64,000 nt of DNA from an uncultured Pseudomonadota bacterium (lineage in GTDB: Bacteria; Oederibacteriota; Muellerivitia; Muellerivitales; Muellerivitaceae): assembly GCA_963843375.1 (NCBI GenBank), contig CAWJKT010000009.1, positions 224,001 to 288,000 of the forward strand, given 5' to 3'. The position numbers and the translations under genes are program-made. Of this stretch, positions 20,847 through 32,648 are shown one piece after another. Under the pieces are notes generated by a model. The model did no database searches, was not told the origin of the DNA, and saw only the letters and a list, made by a program, of their open reading frames with translations. Positions within the stretch are counted from its first letter, which is position 1. Every line of letters begins with the position of its first letter.

Positions 20847-21110
20847 ATGGGCAAGACCACGGTCATCAGTTTTGTGACCCTCGATGGGGTCATTCCGGCG
20901 CCAGCTAGACCGGATGAAGATATACGCGGGGGGATCACGCGAGGTGATCGCGGGCTATTGACTGACACCAATATTCAAACTCGAGCTAAGACTTTGTCTG
21001 AAATAATTGAACATTTGTCACTTCATCGGGAGGCTGGCCACAATATTCCCGATGATACCGTTGATGACTTCACCGGGGAAGCGGGAGTGGGCCGTGAAAC
21101 TTCCCGCTAA
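20847..21110 (+). pseudogene. Truncated DHFR/RibD-C-like N-terminus joined to a possible HicB-like remnant
   Basis: GGAGG RBS then MGKTTVISFVTLDGVIPAPARPDEDIRGG, after which the similarity stops; later IEHLSLHREAGHNIP resembles a HicB C-terminus. Confidence 0.5.
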
Positions 21111-22008
21111 AGGCCAGGCGAAGCCCGGCCTAAAAATCCTCGTGACGGGGATCACCATCGATCCACCGGGAGCGACCTATGGGCCGCGTCTACAAAACCA
21201 CAATGAGTTCATCTGGCTGATGGAAGGAGAGGCGACCGCCACCTTCGATAAGCGGGTTATCCGGGCCGAGACTGGGACCGTTCTCCTTCGGCGCGCGGGC
21301 GTGAGGGATTACTATGAATGGTCCTCGAAGCGCCGCACCGTCCATGCCTATATCCAATTCGACCTGGACCCCGAATGGCGGGAAGCATTGAAGCCGTCGA
21401 TCCCTTCCTTCCGTGTTCTTCCCCCCAACGACATTATCCGCCCGCTTTTCGGTTACCTTTTGAACCTGGAACGACTGAAGGAGCCCCTTCGGAGCAAGTT
21501 GATGATCCCGTCACTGGAATTAATGCTTCAAAGTTATGTCACGGGTGAATGGGCGGTGAAGGCCCAGCCCGCCACCCATTTGCCGGTGGCGGTCGCGAGG
21601 GCAGTGGAGGCCATAAGGGAGAACACGATCCGAACCCCGCCGGGGCCGCTCCGCTTGAAAGACCTGGCCCTGGCTTCGCGCACGACGCCCGAAACCCTCT
21701 GCCGCCTCTTCAAGAAATCACTTAAACTGGGGCCGCTGGAATACGCCAAGCTTTCCCGCCTTGACCGCGCCACCAACCAACTGCGCCGAACATCCTTAAG
21801 CCTCAAAGAGATCGCCACAGCTACGGGCTTCTACGACGCCTACCACCTTTCCCGCAGTTTCAAACAGGTTTATGGTATATCCCCAAAAATATTCCGGGAA
21901 TCAGGCAATATCGAATGGATCTCCCAGAAAAACCCCATCATCCGGCTGCTCTACATGGGCAAGGCGGCGGATTCCAGGAAAGGCCCGCCGATTCCGCGAG
22001 GAAATTAG
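21094..22008 (+). CDS. AraC family transcriptional regulator
   Basis: N-terminal cupin-like region; C-terminal double HTH LKEIA..TGFYDAYHLSRSFKQVYGISP. Confidence 0.9.
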   Translation: MKLPAKGQAKPGLKILVTGITIDPPGATYGPRLQNHNEFIWLMEGEATATFDKRVIRAETGTVLLRRAGVRDYYEWSSKRRTVHAYIQFDLDPEWREALKPSIPSFRVLPPNDIIRPLFGYLLNLERLKEPLRSKLMIPSLELMLQSYVTGEWAVKAQPATHLPVAVARAVEAIRENTIRTPPGPLRLKDLALASRTTPETLCRLFKKSLKLGPLEYAKLSRLDRATNQLRRTSLSLKEIATATGFYDAYHLSRSFKQVYGISPKIFRESGNIEWISQKNPIIRLLYMGKAADSRKGPPIPRGN

Positions 22009-22361
22009 AAAAAATTAATTTTCCCGGGATGGCCCTTCCCTGATCAAGCGGTCAATTCCATCCATCCTTTTGTCAATCCTGTCTATCCCGCTTTGAGGCT
22101 CCCCGGGGGTTTAATAGTTACAACGGGTATTGAAGTACCGTTGTTGGAAAACTCATTCGAGGGGAGACACCGTGCGTTTATTCCTCCTGAAATCGTTCCT
22201 GCCTTTTCCCCTGTTTTTTTCCCCTTCTTCCGCCTGGGCCTTTTCCGCCGGTTTGAACATTTTCCGATCCGACGAATTCAACCAGTCCGGCAACCGCACG
22301 CCGACTCCGCCGGCAGGTTTTATGAAAAGGAGTCGAATTGAAAAAAAGGGATGGAAGATTC

Positions 22362-25300
22362 ATGAAGCATAGGGCCGGTTGGATCCTTTTTTTAAAAAGG
22401 GCAGTAAAATCGTTTTGGGTTTTGCTCTTCATCGCCAACGCCCCAAAGGTTTTTGCTGATTACACCTGGGAAGGAGTGCCTTCCGGTTATGGGCTGGCCT
22501 GGAGCGACGAGTTCAATGGTTCGGTCGGAAGCGCCCCCAATTCCGCCAATTGGAGCTATGTCACAGGTACTGACTGTTGTGGAAATAACGAGTTGGAAAA
22601 TTATACGACCAGTACGGCCAATTCCCAGATCGTGGCCGATCCCAACGCGATAGGCGGCCAAGCCCTGGCCATCATCGCCTTGGATCCGGGCGGCAATAAC
22701 GATGCGGCCGGCGATTACACTTCCGCCCGGCTGGTCTCTTCCGTGGGTTCAACCCCGAACAATAATTGGCAATATGGTTACATGGAAGCCAGGGTCAAGA
22801 TGCCCTATGGGGACGGCATCTGGCCGGCCTTTTGGATGATGGGCAATAATATCAATTCGGGCACGGCCTGGCCCACCTGCGGCGAGATCGATATCATGGA
22901 AAACATCGGGAACGCCGCAACCTATAACGGCAACCCACCTGACCAGGCCAACAACCACGGGTCCCTTCACGAAGGGCCTTCTTCCTCCGACGTGGTTTCG
23001 GCCACCGATATTTTTACCCTGGCCGGGCCCCAGCTCTTTCACAACGCCTACCATACCTTCGCCGTCAATTGGCAGGCCAACGAGATCCAGTTCTACGTGG
23101 ATGGGAACCTTTATGAAACGGATACTTCCTCGTCCCTAACCGGCGCCACTTGGGCGTTCAACAACAGTTTTTTTTACCTGTTGAATTTGGCGGTTGGCGG
23201 CACTTGTCCGGGCAATCCGGATGTCTCGACTTCTTTCCCGCAAACCATGTTCGTCAATTATGTGCGGACCTACCAGACAGGCAAACCCACCCCCACACCG
23301 GTGGTCCAGTCCACCTGGCGGGTGCATTGCGGTGGGGACAATTACACCGACGGCGACGGCAACCTCTGGGTGGCGGACACGAATTTCACGGGGGGCTGGC
23401 CTTCCTACGGCAGTACGGCCGCCTCGGGTACGGTGCTTCCCACCTCCAGGCGACTCGTTGCTTTACCAGTACCAAAGGTATGGGAACACGACGGGCGGGG
23501 AAACGGTCACCTATACCTTCAACGTGCACGCCGGCTCCACTTACCAGGTGGACCTGAAATTCGACGAGACCAATTCGACCGGGCCCAATCAGCGGCAGTT
23601 CAACTACTCGATCAACGGCGCGACAGAGGCCACGAACTTCGACATTTATGCCACGGCCGGAGGCGCCAACAAGGCTTTGGATGAGGTTTACAATAATATC
23701 TCGCCGAACTCCAGCGGCCAAATCGTCATCCAGTTCACCCAAGGGGCCTATGGCAACCCGACAGTGGGAGCCATTCAAGTCATTCAGACTTCATCGACCT
23801 CTACGCCTACCCTAACATCCACGGCAACGTTCACTACGACCTCCACTCCTTCCAGGACAAGCACGCCCACCCTCACTTTTACCGGGACCTATACACACAC
23901 CTTCACCCCCACCAATACTCCCACGGACAGCCCCACTTTTACCGCCACAGTTACAAGAATGAATACGGCCACCAATACTGTGACCAATAGCCCCACCGCA
24001 ACGGCCACCTCAACCCCCACGGCCATCCCGACCAAAACGCCGACGAGCACGGCCACTTCTAGCGTCACCAGCACGGCCTCCGCCACACCCACGAACACTT
24101 TTGGCAATACGGCCACGAATACCCCTGCTTCAACCCCCTCGAGTACCGACACCGGTACTTCTACAGCTACCGACTCAAACACCGCCACCAAGACGACCAC
24201 TTCCACACCGACGAGCACGGCCACTTCCAGCCCCACAATTACCTCATCCTCAACGCCCACCAAAACGACGACGGCGACCCTCACGGATACCCTAGCCAAC
24301 ACGGTCACTCAAACCGCCACGGCAACCGATACTCCCACTTCCACCATCTCAAACACCCCGATCAAAACCACGACTTTGACTCCCACGCTCACTCCCACAG
24401 CCTCCACCACTGCCACGGCTACCAACAGCTCGACGGTTACCCCGATCTTCACGGCCACAAATACCCAGCCCCCCACAGCCTCTAATACTTCGTCCCTGAC
24501 GGCATCGAGCACCCCCACGGAAACCTCCACCTTCTCAGTCACCCTCAGCCCCACTACAACACCCACCAATACCGGGACCATTCCTCCCGCCAATTCGGCC
24601 ACCCCCACCCCCACCCTTACGCCCACCAGTAGCCCTACCACTATCCCCACCAACAGCCCGACCAATTCACCCACGTTCACGCCGACTTTCACGCCCACGG
24701 CCTCCAGCAGCCCCACCGGGACTCCCACAGGCACCTCCACCAACAGTCCCACTTCCACCACCACCCATTCCCCGTCCGTCACGCCCACCAATAGCTCATC
24801 GCCGACGCCTATGAATACACTCACTCCAACGCCAATTCTTACTGCCACTCTGACTCCGACGTTAAGCCCAACGAATACGGCTTTCACGGCGACTTTCTCG
24901 CCTACTGGAACGCAAACCAACAATGCAACGGGAACCCCCACGGCGACTCAGCTCACGAACACGCCCACCCCAACCCCCACGGTCACCTTCACCCCAACCT
25001 CCACCAATAGGAGTACCATGACATTTACGGTGTCAAATACTCCCACGAGCGCGACCACTTACAGCCCCACATACCCTTTAACGAATACCCTCACTCCAAC
25101 ACAAACTCTTACCGTCACCATGACTCCGACATTAAGCCTAACGATTGCGCCGACGTTCACTCCGACCCCCGCCATGACAGGAGTCGTGATTGGCCTCCCC
25201 TTTCCAAACCCCGTTTTCGGCGAAGGGCCCGTGTTTGTTCGGGTGCAGGCCGCTTCCGGCTCAAAGGTGGAATTAAGCATCTTTACGTCGGCCTTTCGCA

Positions 25301-25467
25301 AGGTCCTGGACATTCCCAGTCCCGTTCAGGGTGATAAAATGACACTTAATTGGGATCTGGATGATGCTTGGGGAAATCCCGTGGCAAATGGCCTTTACTA
25401 CCTGAGGGTTCAGGTTTCCGATCCGGTCATTACCTCCAAAATCCTGAAGGTCCTTGTCATTCGGTAA
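22362..25467 (+). CDS. Secreted GH16 glycoside hydrolase + malectin-like domain + long Thr/Pro linker + C-terminal Ig-like domain; one-base frameshift near 23445
   Basis: WSDEF, WPAFWM, GEIDIME (GH16); WRVHCGG..YTD..GN.W.AD continues in the next frame as LYQYQRYG...V.LKF.E...RQF (malectin). Confidence 0.82.
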
Positions 25468-25526
25468 GACAAGTTTCACTGAAACCAAAAATATTTTTCT
25501 AATAAAATAAAATTAAATCGAATTCT

Positions 25527-25554
25527 TGTCCACGGCGGGGAGGTATAGTAAACA
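25527..25554 (+). repeat. 28-bp site 5
   Basis: TGTCCACGGCGGG-GA-GGTATAGTAAACA. Confidence 0.8.
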
Positions 25555-25719
25555 ATAATTTTTTCAATACCTTGGCTGCTTCTTCATCCTCATCCTGAAC
25601 AAAAAGCGCTATTTATTATCAATTTTATTGTTGCCTCCCCTCCCCCCCACTACTAAACTTCCTCATGCTAAATTCTTTTCAACACCTTTAACCGCCCAAT
25701 TCGAGTCAAAGATATTTCA

Positions 25720-26982
25720 ATGAAGATTCAAATCGTAGGGCTTTTTTCGCTTCTCGTTGGAGTCGGCTTTTTAACCCTCGGTTGTCCATCCAAAAGTAAC
25801 AGCCCTTCTAGCCCAGCTGCGCCGACTAATATTTCCACTCCAATCATTACCAATACGCCGACCAACACTAGCACCAACACCGCCACGGGAACGGCAACGG
25901 GGACACCAACCAAAACCGCCACACCTACCAGCAGCGGCACGCCTACCAATTCGCCAACGTCCACTCCCTCGGGCACCCCGACCAACAGCGCTACGAATAC
26001 CGCGACCGCGACGATCACTAACACGCCGACGATTACCCCCACATCCACCCAAACGGGTACACCAACGAACAGCGCTACTGTTACGCCGACCTTTACGATA
26101 ACGAGCACAGCGACCGTTACCGCCACCAGCACACCCACCAACTCGCTTAGCGCTTTCGCGACTATTGGCAGCGATGGTAAAACTTTATTTAACTATCCCA
26201 TGGGTATTCAATACCTAGGAGGTTATTTATGGATGGCGGATACAAATGGCCTTGGGTCCCCGAATTTTCAAGAATGGGTCACGAATGGAACCAGTCCCGT
26301 GACGAACATGACAATTTATAATGGATCGGCATCGTTTCAGGCTCCCTGGGGTGTGGGCATTGATTCCGCCACTGGAAATGTCTATGTGACGGATGAAGTT
26401 GCGGGTCAAATTGATGTTTTCAACTCCGCCGGGACTTACCTTACCAATTTTGGAAGCACCTATTTAGACAAGGGCTTCTTGGGCGTGGCCTTAAACTCGG
26501 CGGGGACGACGGTTTATGCTCTCACGTCAGATTCTATTATTTATATTGTTTCCGTTACCCCCGGTTCGATCCCCACTTATACCCTTCAAACAGGCTTTGG
26601 CCAATCGGGGTCTGTAGCATCGTATAAGCTTCTTTCCCCTCAAAATTTGAGAGTAGACGGAAATGGATATGTTTGGGTGGCGGATCAAGGAAACCATCGA
26701 GTGGCGGAATACACCGGAGCGGGGATTTATAACCTCACATCCTTTATTACGGTAACCAGCCTTGCCAATCCTTTTATGCCCTCGGATGTATTGGTGGACA
26801 GCTCTGGTAACGTCTACGCTACGGATAATGAAAATAATTATGTCGTGGAATTTAATTCATCCGGCACGCAAATAGGCCAATTTGGGGAGGGGATTTTATA
26901 TGGACCCAATGGCATTACCACGGATGGGGCTGGTAATTTTTACGTAACAGATTCAAGTCCTCAAATAGTGGGGTTTCATTAA
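25720..26982 (+). CDS. Lipoprotein with Thr/Pro-rich stalk and NHL-repeat beta-propeller
   Basis: Lipobox [39 protein letters not shown]. Confidence 0.8.
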   Translation: MKIQIVGLFSLLVGVGFLTLGCPSKSNSPSSPAAPTNISTPIITNTPTNTSTNTATGTATGTPTKTATPTSSGTPTNSPTSTPSGTPTNSATNTATATITNTPTITPTSTQTGTPTNSATVTPTFTITSTATVTATSTPTNSLSAFATIGSDGKTLFNYPMGIQYLGGYLWMADTNGLGSPNFQEWVTNGTSPVTNMTIYNGSASFQAPWGVGIDSATGNVYVTDEVAGQIDVFNSAGTYLTNFGSTYLDKGFLGVALNSAGTTVYALTSDSIIYIVSVTPGSIPTYTLQTGFGQSGSVASYKLLSPQNLRVDGNGYVWVADQGNHRVAEYTGAGIYNLTSFITVTSLANPFMPSDVLVDSSGNVYATDNENNYVVEFNSSGTQIGQFGEGILYGPNGITTDGAGNFYVTDSSPQIVGFH

Positions 26983-27007
26983 GAATTAACTCAGAAGAAA
27001 GTTGGTC

Positions 27008-28336
27008 ATGAAGTTATACCTCATAGGGCTTGTTTCGCTTCTCCTTGGGATAGGCTTTTTAACCCTCGGCTGTCCTGGCAAAAATAATCCCTCCAGCCCC
27101 TCTGCACCTGCTCCTGTGCAAGCTACGCCCACTTTTACACAAGCTTGCTGGGTGGGTACTTCCCCTACTTGTACTCCGTACGTTACTCCGATTGGTATAA
27201 CAACCCCAACCGGTTATTACGTGACCGGCACTGTTAACTATACCGGCTCTCGAGGATCGGTTAATTCAACGAATTATTTGTACGTGGCATTAGCGAATTC
27301 CAGTTTTAATTTCGTCTCGGGCGAAGATATTGCCATGAATGGCGGGACCTATCAAATTTACGCTTCTTCAGCAGGAACTTATTATCTAGGGGCATTTTAT
27401 ATTAACGTTAGTGAACCGCATATTTATTATCCCTCTACTTGTATAGAACCTGGGGCGGGAATCACCATAAATGGGGGGGTTGCAGGAATCGATTTGTCAT
27501 TTGGGGATAGTTGCACCTTTAGTACGCCATCTCCTACTCTTGGGTCGTCGACTTTGACCGCCACTCCTACCAACCAAACACCTGTCGCCACGCTGACCTT
27601 TACTCCGACGATCACGCCTACCTTCAACTACACTTGGACGGCATCCAACACGCCGACGAATACCTACCCGCCGGGAACGAATACTCCCACCCGTGTGCCC
27701 ACCAACACACCCACTCCAACACCTACCGGCACTTTAATCATTATTTATCCGACCGCTACACCGACGGAAACGGACACCCCCACCGAAACCGAAACTTCGA
27801 CCGTCACTGATACGCCGACGGATACCTGGCCGCCAGGAACGGACACGCCCACGGCCCAAGCCACGGATACTCCCACCGAAACGCCCACGGACACGGAATT
27901 TGAAGTCGACATACCGACCGGCACCCCTACAGATACTGAAACCGATACGGCTACCCACACGCCCACTGAAACTGTTACCCCTACTCCCACGGTCACCGAC
28001 ACATCCACGATTACCGATACCCCCACCAATACGCCGACTCCTGGCGCCACCTATAGTGTTTATTTCACGGCATCGGGAACTGCCGGTGTCGAATATGAAA
28101 TTGTTTACAGTTCTGTTATTTCCGGAGCGGTTACCGCCGTTGTTTATACAGGCACTTTAAACGGTGGGAATTGGACCTCCCCGACAGTCGATTTTCCTGG
28201 AGATACCGAAGTTGGTATTTCCGCCGGGGGTGTTACCAGCACAAATTCAATTACGGTAAACCTTTATGTCGACGATGTTTTGGAAGGGACAGGTACTAGC
28301 TCCAGCGGCGCACCCGTTTCCTATCTATTGCCTTAA
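27008..28336 (+). CDS. Thr/Pro-rich lipoprotein, unknown function
   Basis: Lipobox LTLGC; same leader family as 25720 and 36276; TPT(D/E) repeats. Confidence 0.75.
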   Translation: MKLYLIGLVSLLLGIGFLTLGCPGKNNPSSPSAPAPVQATPTFTQACWVGTSPTCTPYVTPIGITTPTGYYVTGTVNYTGSRGSVNSTNYLYVALANSSFNFVSGEDIAMNGGTYQIYASSAGTYYLGAFYINVSEPHIYYPSTCIEPGAGITINGGVAGIDLSFGDSCTFSTPSPTLGSSTLTATPTNQTPVATLTFTPTITPTFNYTWTASNTPTNTYPPGTNTPTRVPTNTPTPTPTGTLIIIYPTATPTETDTPTETETSTVTDTPTDTWPPGTDTPTAQATDTPTETPTDTEFEVDIPTGTPTDTETDTATHTPTETVTPTPTVTDTSTITDTPTNTPTPGATYSVYFTASGTAGVEYEIVYSSVISGAVTAVVYTGTLNGGNWTSPTVDFPGDTEVGISAGGVTSTNSITVNLYVDDVLEGTGTSSSGAPVSYLLP

Positions 28337-28485
28337 AATTAAACCAAAACCCCAACTAGCTAAGCGGGGGAAGTTCGGCAAACTTCTGCCAAGGTAGGTG
28401 GGGAATACCCCCCCCCTTATGTCTGCTTTATTATGTAGGCTCAAGATTTTAAAATCTCTATCAACTAAAATATCTTGAATTTTAT

Positions 28486-28513
28486 TGTTCCATACGGGGA
28501 CCCGGATTGGACA
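28486..28513 (+). repeat. 28-bp site 6 (carries the intron-binding site)
   Basis: TGTTCCATACGGG-GA-CCCGGATTGGACA. Confidence 0.85.
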
Positions 28514-29296
28514 GCGTGCCAGGATCAAGGATGCAGCAGCCAGCAGGTGCGGTTCGATATGAACCAAGTCCTGACGGGGTAACCGCCCGAGGGCCCCGAA
28601 GTCAACCTCCGTGGCAAAGTCGAGAGGCCTTGTCCGAAACGAGGTCATAAACCTTCGAAAGGAAGGGAACAATACTACAGTCCGTAACATGAAGTGAATC
28701 CTGCCGCGTCGTGACGAGTCCGCCGAAAGGCTATAGGGGAGGCCGAGCCGCGTGTCCAACGGCGAAGGCAACAATCTCATCCTGAAACGGGATTGGGTGG
28801 GGTAAATCCTCCGGCGTATTGGGAGCGGAATGTTGGAAAGGCTGGTGCATCAACCTGGGAGATCCTACCCGTTAAAAGAGCGGCTCCTATAAGGGCGACC
28901 GAAAGGGAGACGTGACGGGAGGAAGTCGGAGGGGGAAATAGTACCGCTTAGAGGGGGAGGACAACAAAACCTCACCTGAGGGAAGGTCCCCTGCTTCAAC
29001 CATGTGCCTTCAAGAAGGGTGGCGCTGGAGAATGCCGGAAACGGCTAATAACTCTGAAGGTCAAAAGCGCGTAATCTTCAACAAGCACTATGCCGAACGG
29101 CCAAGGGAAGTAGAACCTGTAAAGCCGTCGGAGAAAAGGTTGTCGGAAAGCCGTATGATCGAAAAGGTCACGTACGGTTTGATGAGGGGGCGTTGGAAAC
29201 GAAGTGATGAGGGAACCTAGTTGGGGCACGGAACCGGAAACGGGGAAACAGATCAAGGGGCCCTCTGCACACAACCGCGCCAGCGCTCTACTCTAC
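28514..29296 (+). mobile_element. ORF-less group II intron (IEP deleted)
   Basis: 5' GCGTG; EBS1 stem-loop GCCG-cgTGTCCAA-CGGC at 28747-28763; domain V AAAGCCGTATGATCGAAAAGGTCACGTACGGTTT at 29147-29180; domain VI ending CTCTACTCTAC; no RT ORF. Confidence 0.88.
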
Positions 29297-29415
29297 AACA
29301 AATAATGGGCCGAATCCTTTGGTGATCCTCATGGGCAATAGGGGGTTGATTCGATTACTCCCGCAGTTAAAAATAACCGCGAAAACGAAAACGTTTTTTT
29401 CCTAAGGAGAAAACC

Positions 29416-30186
29416 ATGAAACAACCCGTCGTTATTGTTACCGGAGCCAGTCAGGGCATTGGTCGTGCCACAGCCATAAGACTAGCCGCTGATTTTAAGG
29501 CCGTGGTTCTCGGGGCCCGGAACGAGGAGGGCCTCAACGAGACGGCCAAGTCGGTCCAATCCGCCGGAGCGGAGCCCCTGGTCCTGCCGCTGGATTTACG
29601 CCAGGGCGAAGCAGCCAAGACCCTCGTGGACAAAACTCTGGAAAATTTCGGCCGGATCGACGCTCTGGTAAACATAGCGGGGGCCGTGCCCCAAATCGAC
29701 CTTTTGGAAATGACGGACGCCCAATGGGACGATGGAATGGCGCTCAAACTTCACGGCGCCCGGCGAGTGACAATTCATGCGTGGGAAGCACTGAAAAAAT
29801 CCAAGGGTTCGGTGGTATTCACCTCGGGCAACTCGGCCCTGGCGCCCAAGTCGGCCTTTGCCGCCGTAGCCGTCACCAATGCGGCCATTGTGGCCTTGGC
29901 CAAAGCCTTCGCGGAACGGGGGATCAAGGATGGCGTTCAGGTAAATAGTGTCCTGCCCGGGCCTGTGTTCACCAATCGCCGAAAAACCTACATGGAAAAA
30001 TACGCCCCCCTGCACAACATGACAGTGGAAGAGGCGCTTGAAAAATTTCCCGCCGAGGCGGGCATTACCCGATACGGTCAGCCAGAGGACATCGCTAACT
30101 TGATGGCGTTTTTGGTTTCCGCGGAAGGGAAGTGGATGACCGGCTCGGCAGTTCGAATGGACGGCGGCGAGATCAAGGCGGTCTAG
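29416..30186 (+). CDS. SDR family oxidoreductase
   Basis: TGASQGIG, GRIDALVN.AG, VNSVLPG, TGSAVRMDGG. Confidence 0.92.
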   Translation: MKQPVVIVTGASQGIGRATAIRLAADFKAVVLGARNEEGLNETAKSVQSAGAEPLVLPLDLRQGEAAKTLVDKTLENFGRIDALVNIAGAVPQIDLLEMTDAQWDDGMALKLHGARRVTIHAWEALKKSKGSVVFTSGNSALAPKSAFAAVAVTNAAIVALAKAFAERGIKDGVQVNSVLPGPVFTNRRKTYMEKYAPLHNMTVEEALEKFPAEAGITRYGQPEDIANLMAFLVSAEGKWMTGSAVRMDGGEIKAV

Positions 30187-30232
30187 GGTAATCGCTTCAT
30201 TGAAGTATCGCTGTTAATAGCGGTTTTCGCAT

Positions 30233-30260
30233 TGTCCACAATGGGGACCCGTCGTGGACA
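30233..30260 (+). repeat. 28-bp site 7
   Basis: TGTCCACAATGGG-GA-CCCGTCGTGGACA. Confidence 0.9.
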
Positions 30261-30316
30261 AAGAAAAAGTATCGATTTGGATTTTTAAATGGGGGCAATT
30301 ATTGAAGTTGCAAATA

Positions 30317-32425
30317 ATGAAAAGTAATAAAAGAACGATTATCAAAATTATTTCGGGTTTAGTTTTAGCAGTTGGAATTTCTTGGGCTGCTGCTACCCCC
30401 ACTCCAAGTGGCCAAAACCAGGCCGAAATCCTTTGGGATAGTTGGGGCGTTCCCCACATCTATGCCACCAATGACACCAGCCTCTTCAAGGCTTTCGGGT
30501 GGGCTCAAATGCATAATCATTCAAAACTATTGCTCCATGACTATGCCTTGGCCCGGGGCAAGGGGGCCGAATTTTTCGGCCAAGATGATTTGGTTTCCGA
30601 TCGGTCCGTTCGATTGATGGGTCTATATCCAATCGCCCGTCAGTGGTACGCGCAACAAACCCCAAGGTTCCGCGCCGACTTGGATGCCTTTGCCGAAGGT
30701 ATCAACCTCTATGGGCGGAACCCCAAAAACGGTTTGGATGCTGCGTCCCTAAAAGTTTTGCCGGTTGATGGAGTGGATGTCATGGCTCATGCCATTCGGA
30801 TTATTTGGCATTTTCAGAGGGATCTGTCTCACATTAAATCAGGTTTGTCGAACGGAGAGTGGCTGGGCTCCAACGGTTGGGCCATCGCGCCCTCTCATTC
30901 TGCGGATGGTCACGCTATGTTATTAGCCAACCCCCATCTTCCCTGGAATGGGGAAAGAACCCTATTCGAGGCCGAGCTCAATTCCCCGGATTATCAGTGT
31001 TATGGCTCTGCCATAGTCGGAATCCCGATTCTTTCCATTGCGTTCAACGAGTCAATAGGATGGACCCATACGGTTAACACGATCAATCCCTGCTCCTTAT
31101 ACCAGCTTACTCCCGATGGAAAGGGCTATCGTTTTGACGGAAGCCACTTCAATTTTTCAGCCCATGTGGAAAAAATAAAGGTTCTCCAGGCGGATGGTTC
31201 CCTTAAGTCGGAGGATTTACTAGTCCGTAACGCAATCCAGGGCCCAGTGATCGAGGACAAAGGCCAACTCAAGGCCATTCGGGTAGCTGGCCTCCAATGC
31301 GGTTCTTACTCTGGAGCCATGGAACAATGGTGGAAAATGGGACAAGCCCGAAATCTAAGCGAGTTCCAATCCGCTTTGCGTTTAATGCAATTACCCATGT
31401 TCAATACAATTTACGCTGATTCCGATGGAAACATTTTTCTTTTCGACGGGGGATTGGTTCCTAAAAAGGGAAATGGAGATTTCTCCTTTTGGACTCGGCC
31501 TGTTTCGGGGGACACGAAAGAAACGGTTTGGGCGGATTTCATGGATTACGATTCACTGCCAATGGCTTTGAATCCAAAGGCGGGTTGGGTCCAAAACTCC
31601 AACAGCGACCCCTGGTACATGACCCAGCCAATCCTCGACGGCCATCTATATCCGCCCGATATGTCCGACATCCATGGATCTCCAAGTTTTCGTGAACAAA
31701 GGGGTATCCGGATGCTGACGGAAAGCGAAAAAATTTCTTACGATCAACTAATCGCCGATAAGTTCTCCACCCGAAGCGAAATGGCGGACCATCTGGTTGA
31801 CGATTTGGTGACCGCCGCTAAATCCCGTGGCGGGGAAACACTTCTTCGAGCCGCCGATGTTTTACGGAAATGGGACCGGTGTTTTGAAGATGATAGCCGG
31901 GGGGCGGTATTGTTTGAAGCCTGGAAAAATAGGGATTTTGTAAGCGGATGGCCCCTTTCGGTTCCTTTCGATTCAGCCCACTTTTTAGAGACACCACGAG
32001 GCTTCGCTAATCCAGGAAGGGATGCCCAAATCCTTGAGGACGCCGCAAAGGAAACAGAGTCGAAATACGCGCGGATGGATATCACTTGGGGTGAGGTTCA
32101 TCGATTCCGACGTGGCAAATTTGACTTTCCAGCAAACGGCGGATCGCCTAATTTGGGAATCTTTCGTTCTGTTTGGTATGACATGGATAAGGACGGTAAA
32201 TACCTCGCTAATGGAGGCGATAGTTACATTGAGGCCATTGATTTTTCAAAACCATTGAAGGCTAGTGTTTTGTTGGCCTATGGGAATTCAAGCGATCCTG
32301 TTTCTCCCCATTATGGGGACCAATTGGAATTAGATTCAAAAAAAGAACTTCGACCCGTCTGGTTTTATCGCCAGGATGCTGAAGCTCACACAGTCGAGAA
32401 GTCAGTGATTCCGGGAGTTGAATGA
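30317..32425 (+). CDS. Penicillin/AHL acylase family Ntn-hydrolase, secreted
   Basis: WDSWGVPHIYA, GSNGWAI (nucleophile Ser), LLANPHLPW, FN.IYAD..GNI. Confidence 0.9.
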   Translation: MKSNKRTIIKIISGLVLAVGISWAAATPTPSGQNQAEILWDSWGVPHIYATNDTSLFKAFGWAQMHNHSKLLLHDYALARGKGAEFFGQDDLVSDRSVRLMGLYPIARQWYAQQTPRFRADLDAFAEGINLYGRNPKNGLDAASLKVLPVDGVDVMAHAIRIIWHFQRDLSHIKSGLSNGEWLGSNGWAIAPSHSADGHAMLLANPHLPWNGERTLFEAELNSPDYQCYGSAIVGIPILSIAFNESIGWTHTVNTINPCSLYQLTPDGKGYRFDGSHFNFSAHVEKIKVLQADGSLKSEDLLVRNAIQGPVIEDKGQLKAIRVAGLQCGSYSGAMEQWWKMGQARNLSEFQSALRLMQLPMFNTIYADSDGNIFLFDGGLVPKKGNGDFSFWTRPVSGDTKETVWADFMDYDSLPMALNPKAGWVQNSNSDPWYMTQPILDGHLYPPDMSDIHGSPSFREQRGIRMLTESEKISYDQLIADKFSTRSEMADHLVDDLVTAAKSRGGETLLRAADVLRKWDRCFEDDSRGAVLFEAWKNRDFVSGWPLSVPFDSAHFLETPRGFANPGRDAQILEDAAKETESKYARMDITWGEVHRFRRGKFDFPANGGSPNLGIFRSVWYDMDKDGKYLANGGDSYIEAIDFSKPLKASVLLAYGNSSDPVSPHYGDQLELDSKKELRPVWFYRQDAEAHTVEKSVIPGVE

Positions 32426-32444
32426 GAAAATAGGGGGCATGGCT

Positions 32445-32563
32445 TGTCCACGACGGGGACCCCTAAACCCTGAGTGGTTCGAGGGCCTCACCATCCGCGC
32501 TCAAAGGGTCGATGAACTCAGGGCAAATTATAGGTCGTCCAATCTGGGAACCCGTCGTGGACA
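32445..32563 (+). repeat. Composite junction: half site + REP-like hairpin mini-module + 28-bp site 8 (32536-32563)
   Basis: TGTCCACGACGGGGACCC...CCCTGAGT...ACTCAGGGCAAATTATAGGT then CGTCCAATCTGGG-AA-CCCGTCGTGGACA. Confidence 0.8.
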
Positions 32564-32648
32564 AACCATTTGGGGCCTATCAACTGATTTTAGACGGGTT
32601 TTCGTTTTGAGGTTTTATGAAATTTATAGAGAGTGTATAATGATTCCC

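Noticed and set aside
23889..24941. Val/Gly-rich minus-strand ORFs (also 25728-26141, 27745-28050, 36224-36844)
   Set aside because: Antisense shadows of Thr/Pro codon repeats.
28325..29274. ORFs 28325-28780(-), 28996-29274(-) and 29002-29220(+) as proteins
   Set aside because: They overlap structured intron RNA and have no RT motifs; at most a short IEP remnant.
30232..30240. DnaA boxes / replication origin (TTGTCCACA)
   Set aside because: The match is only the outer arm of the palindrome; copies are dispersed over 29 kb and no origin-type genes are adjacent.
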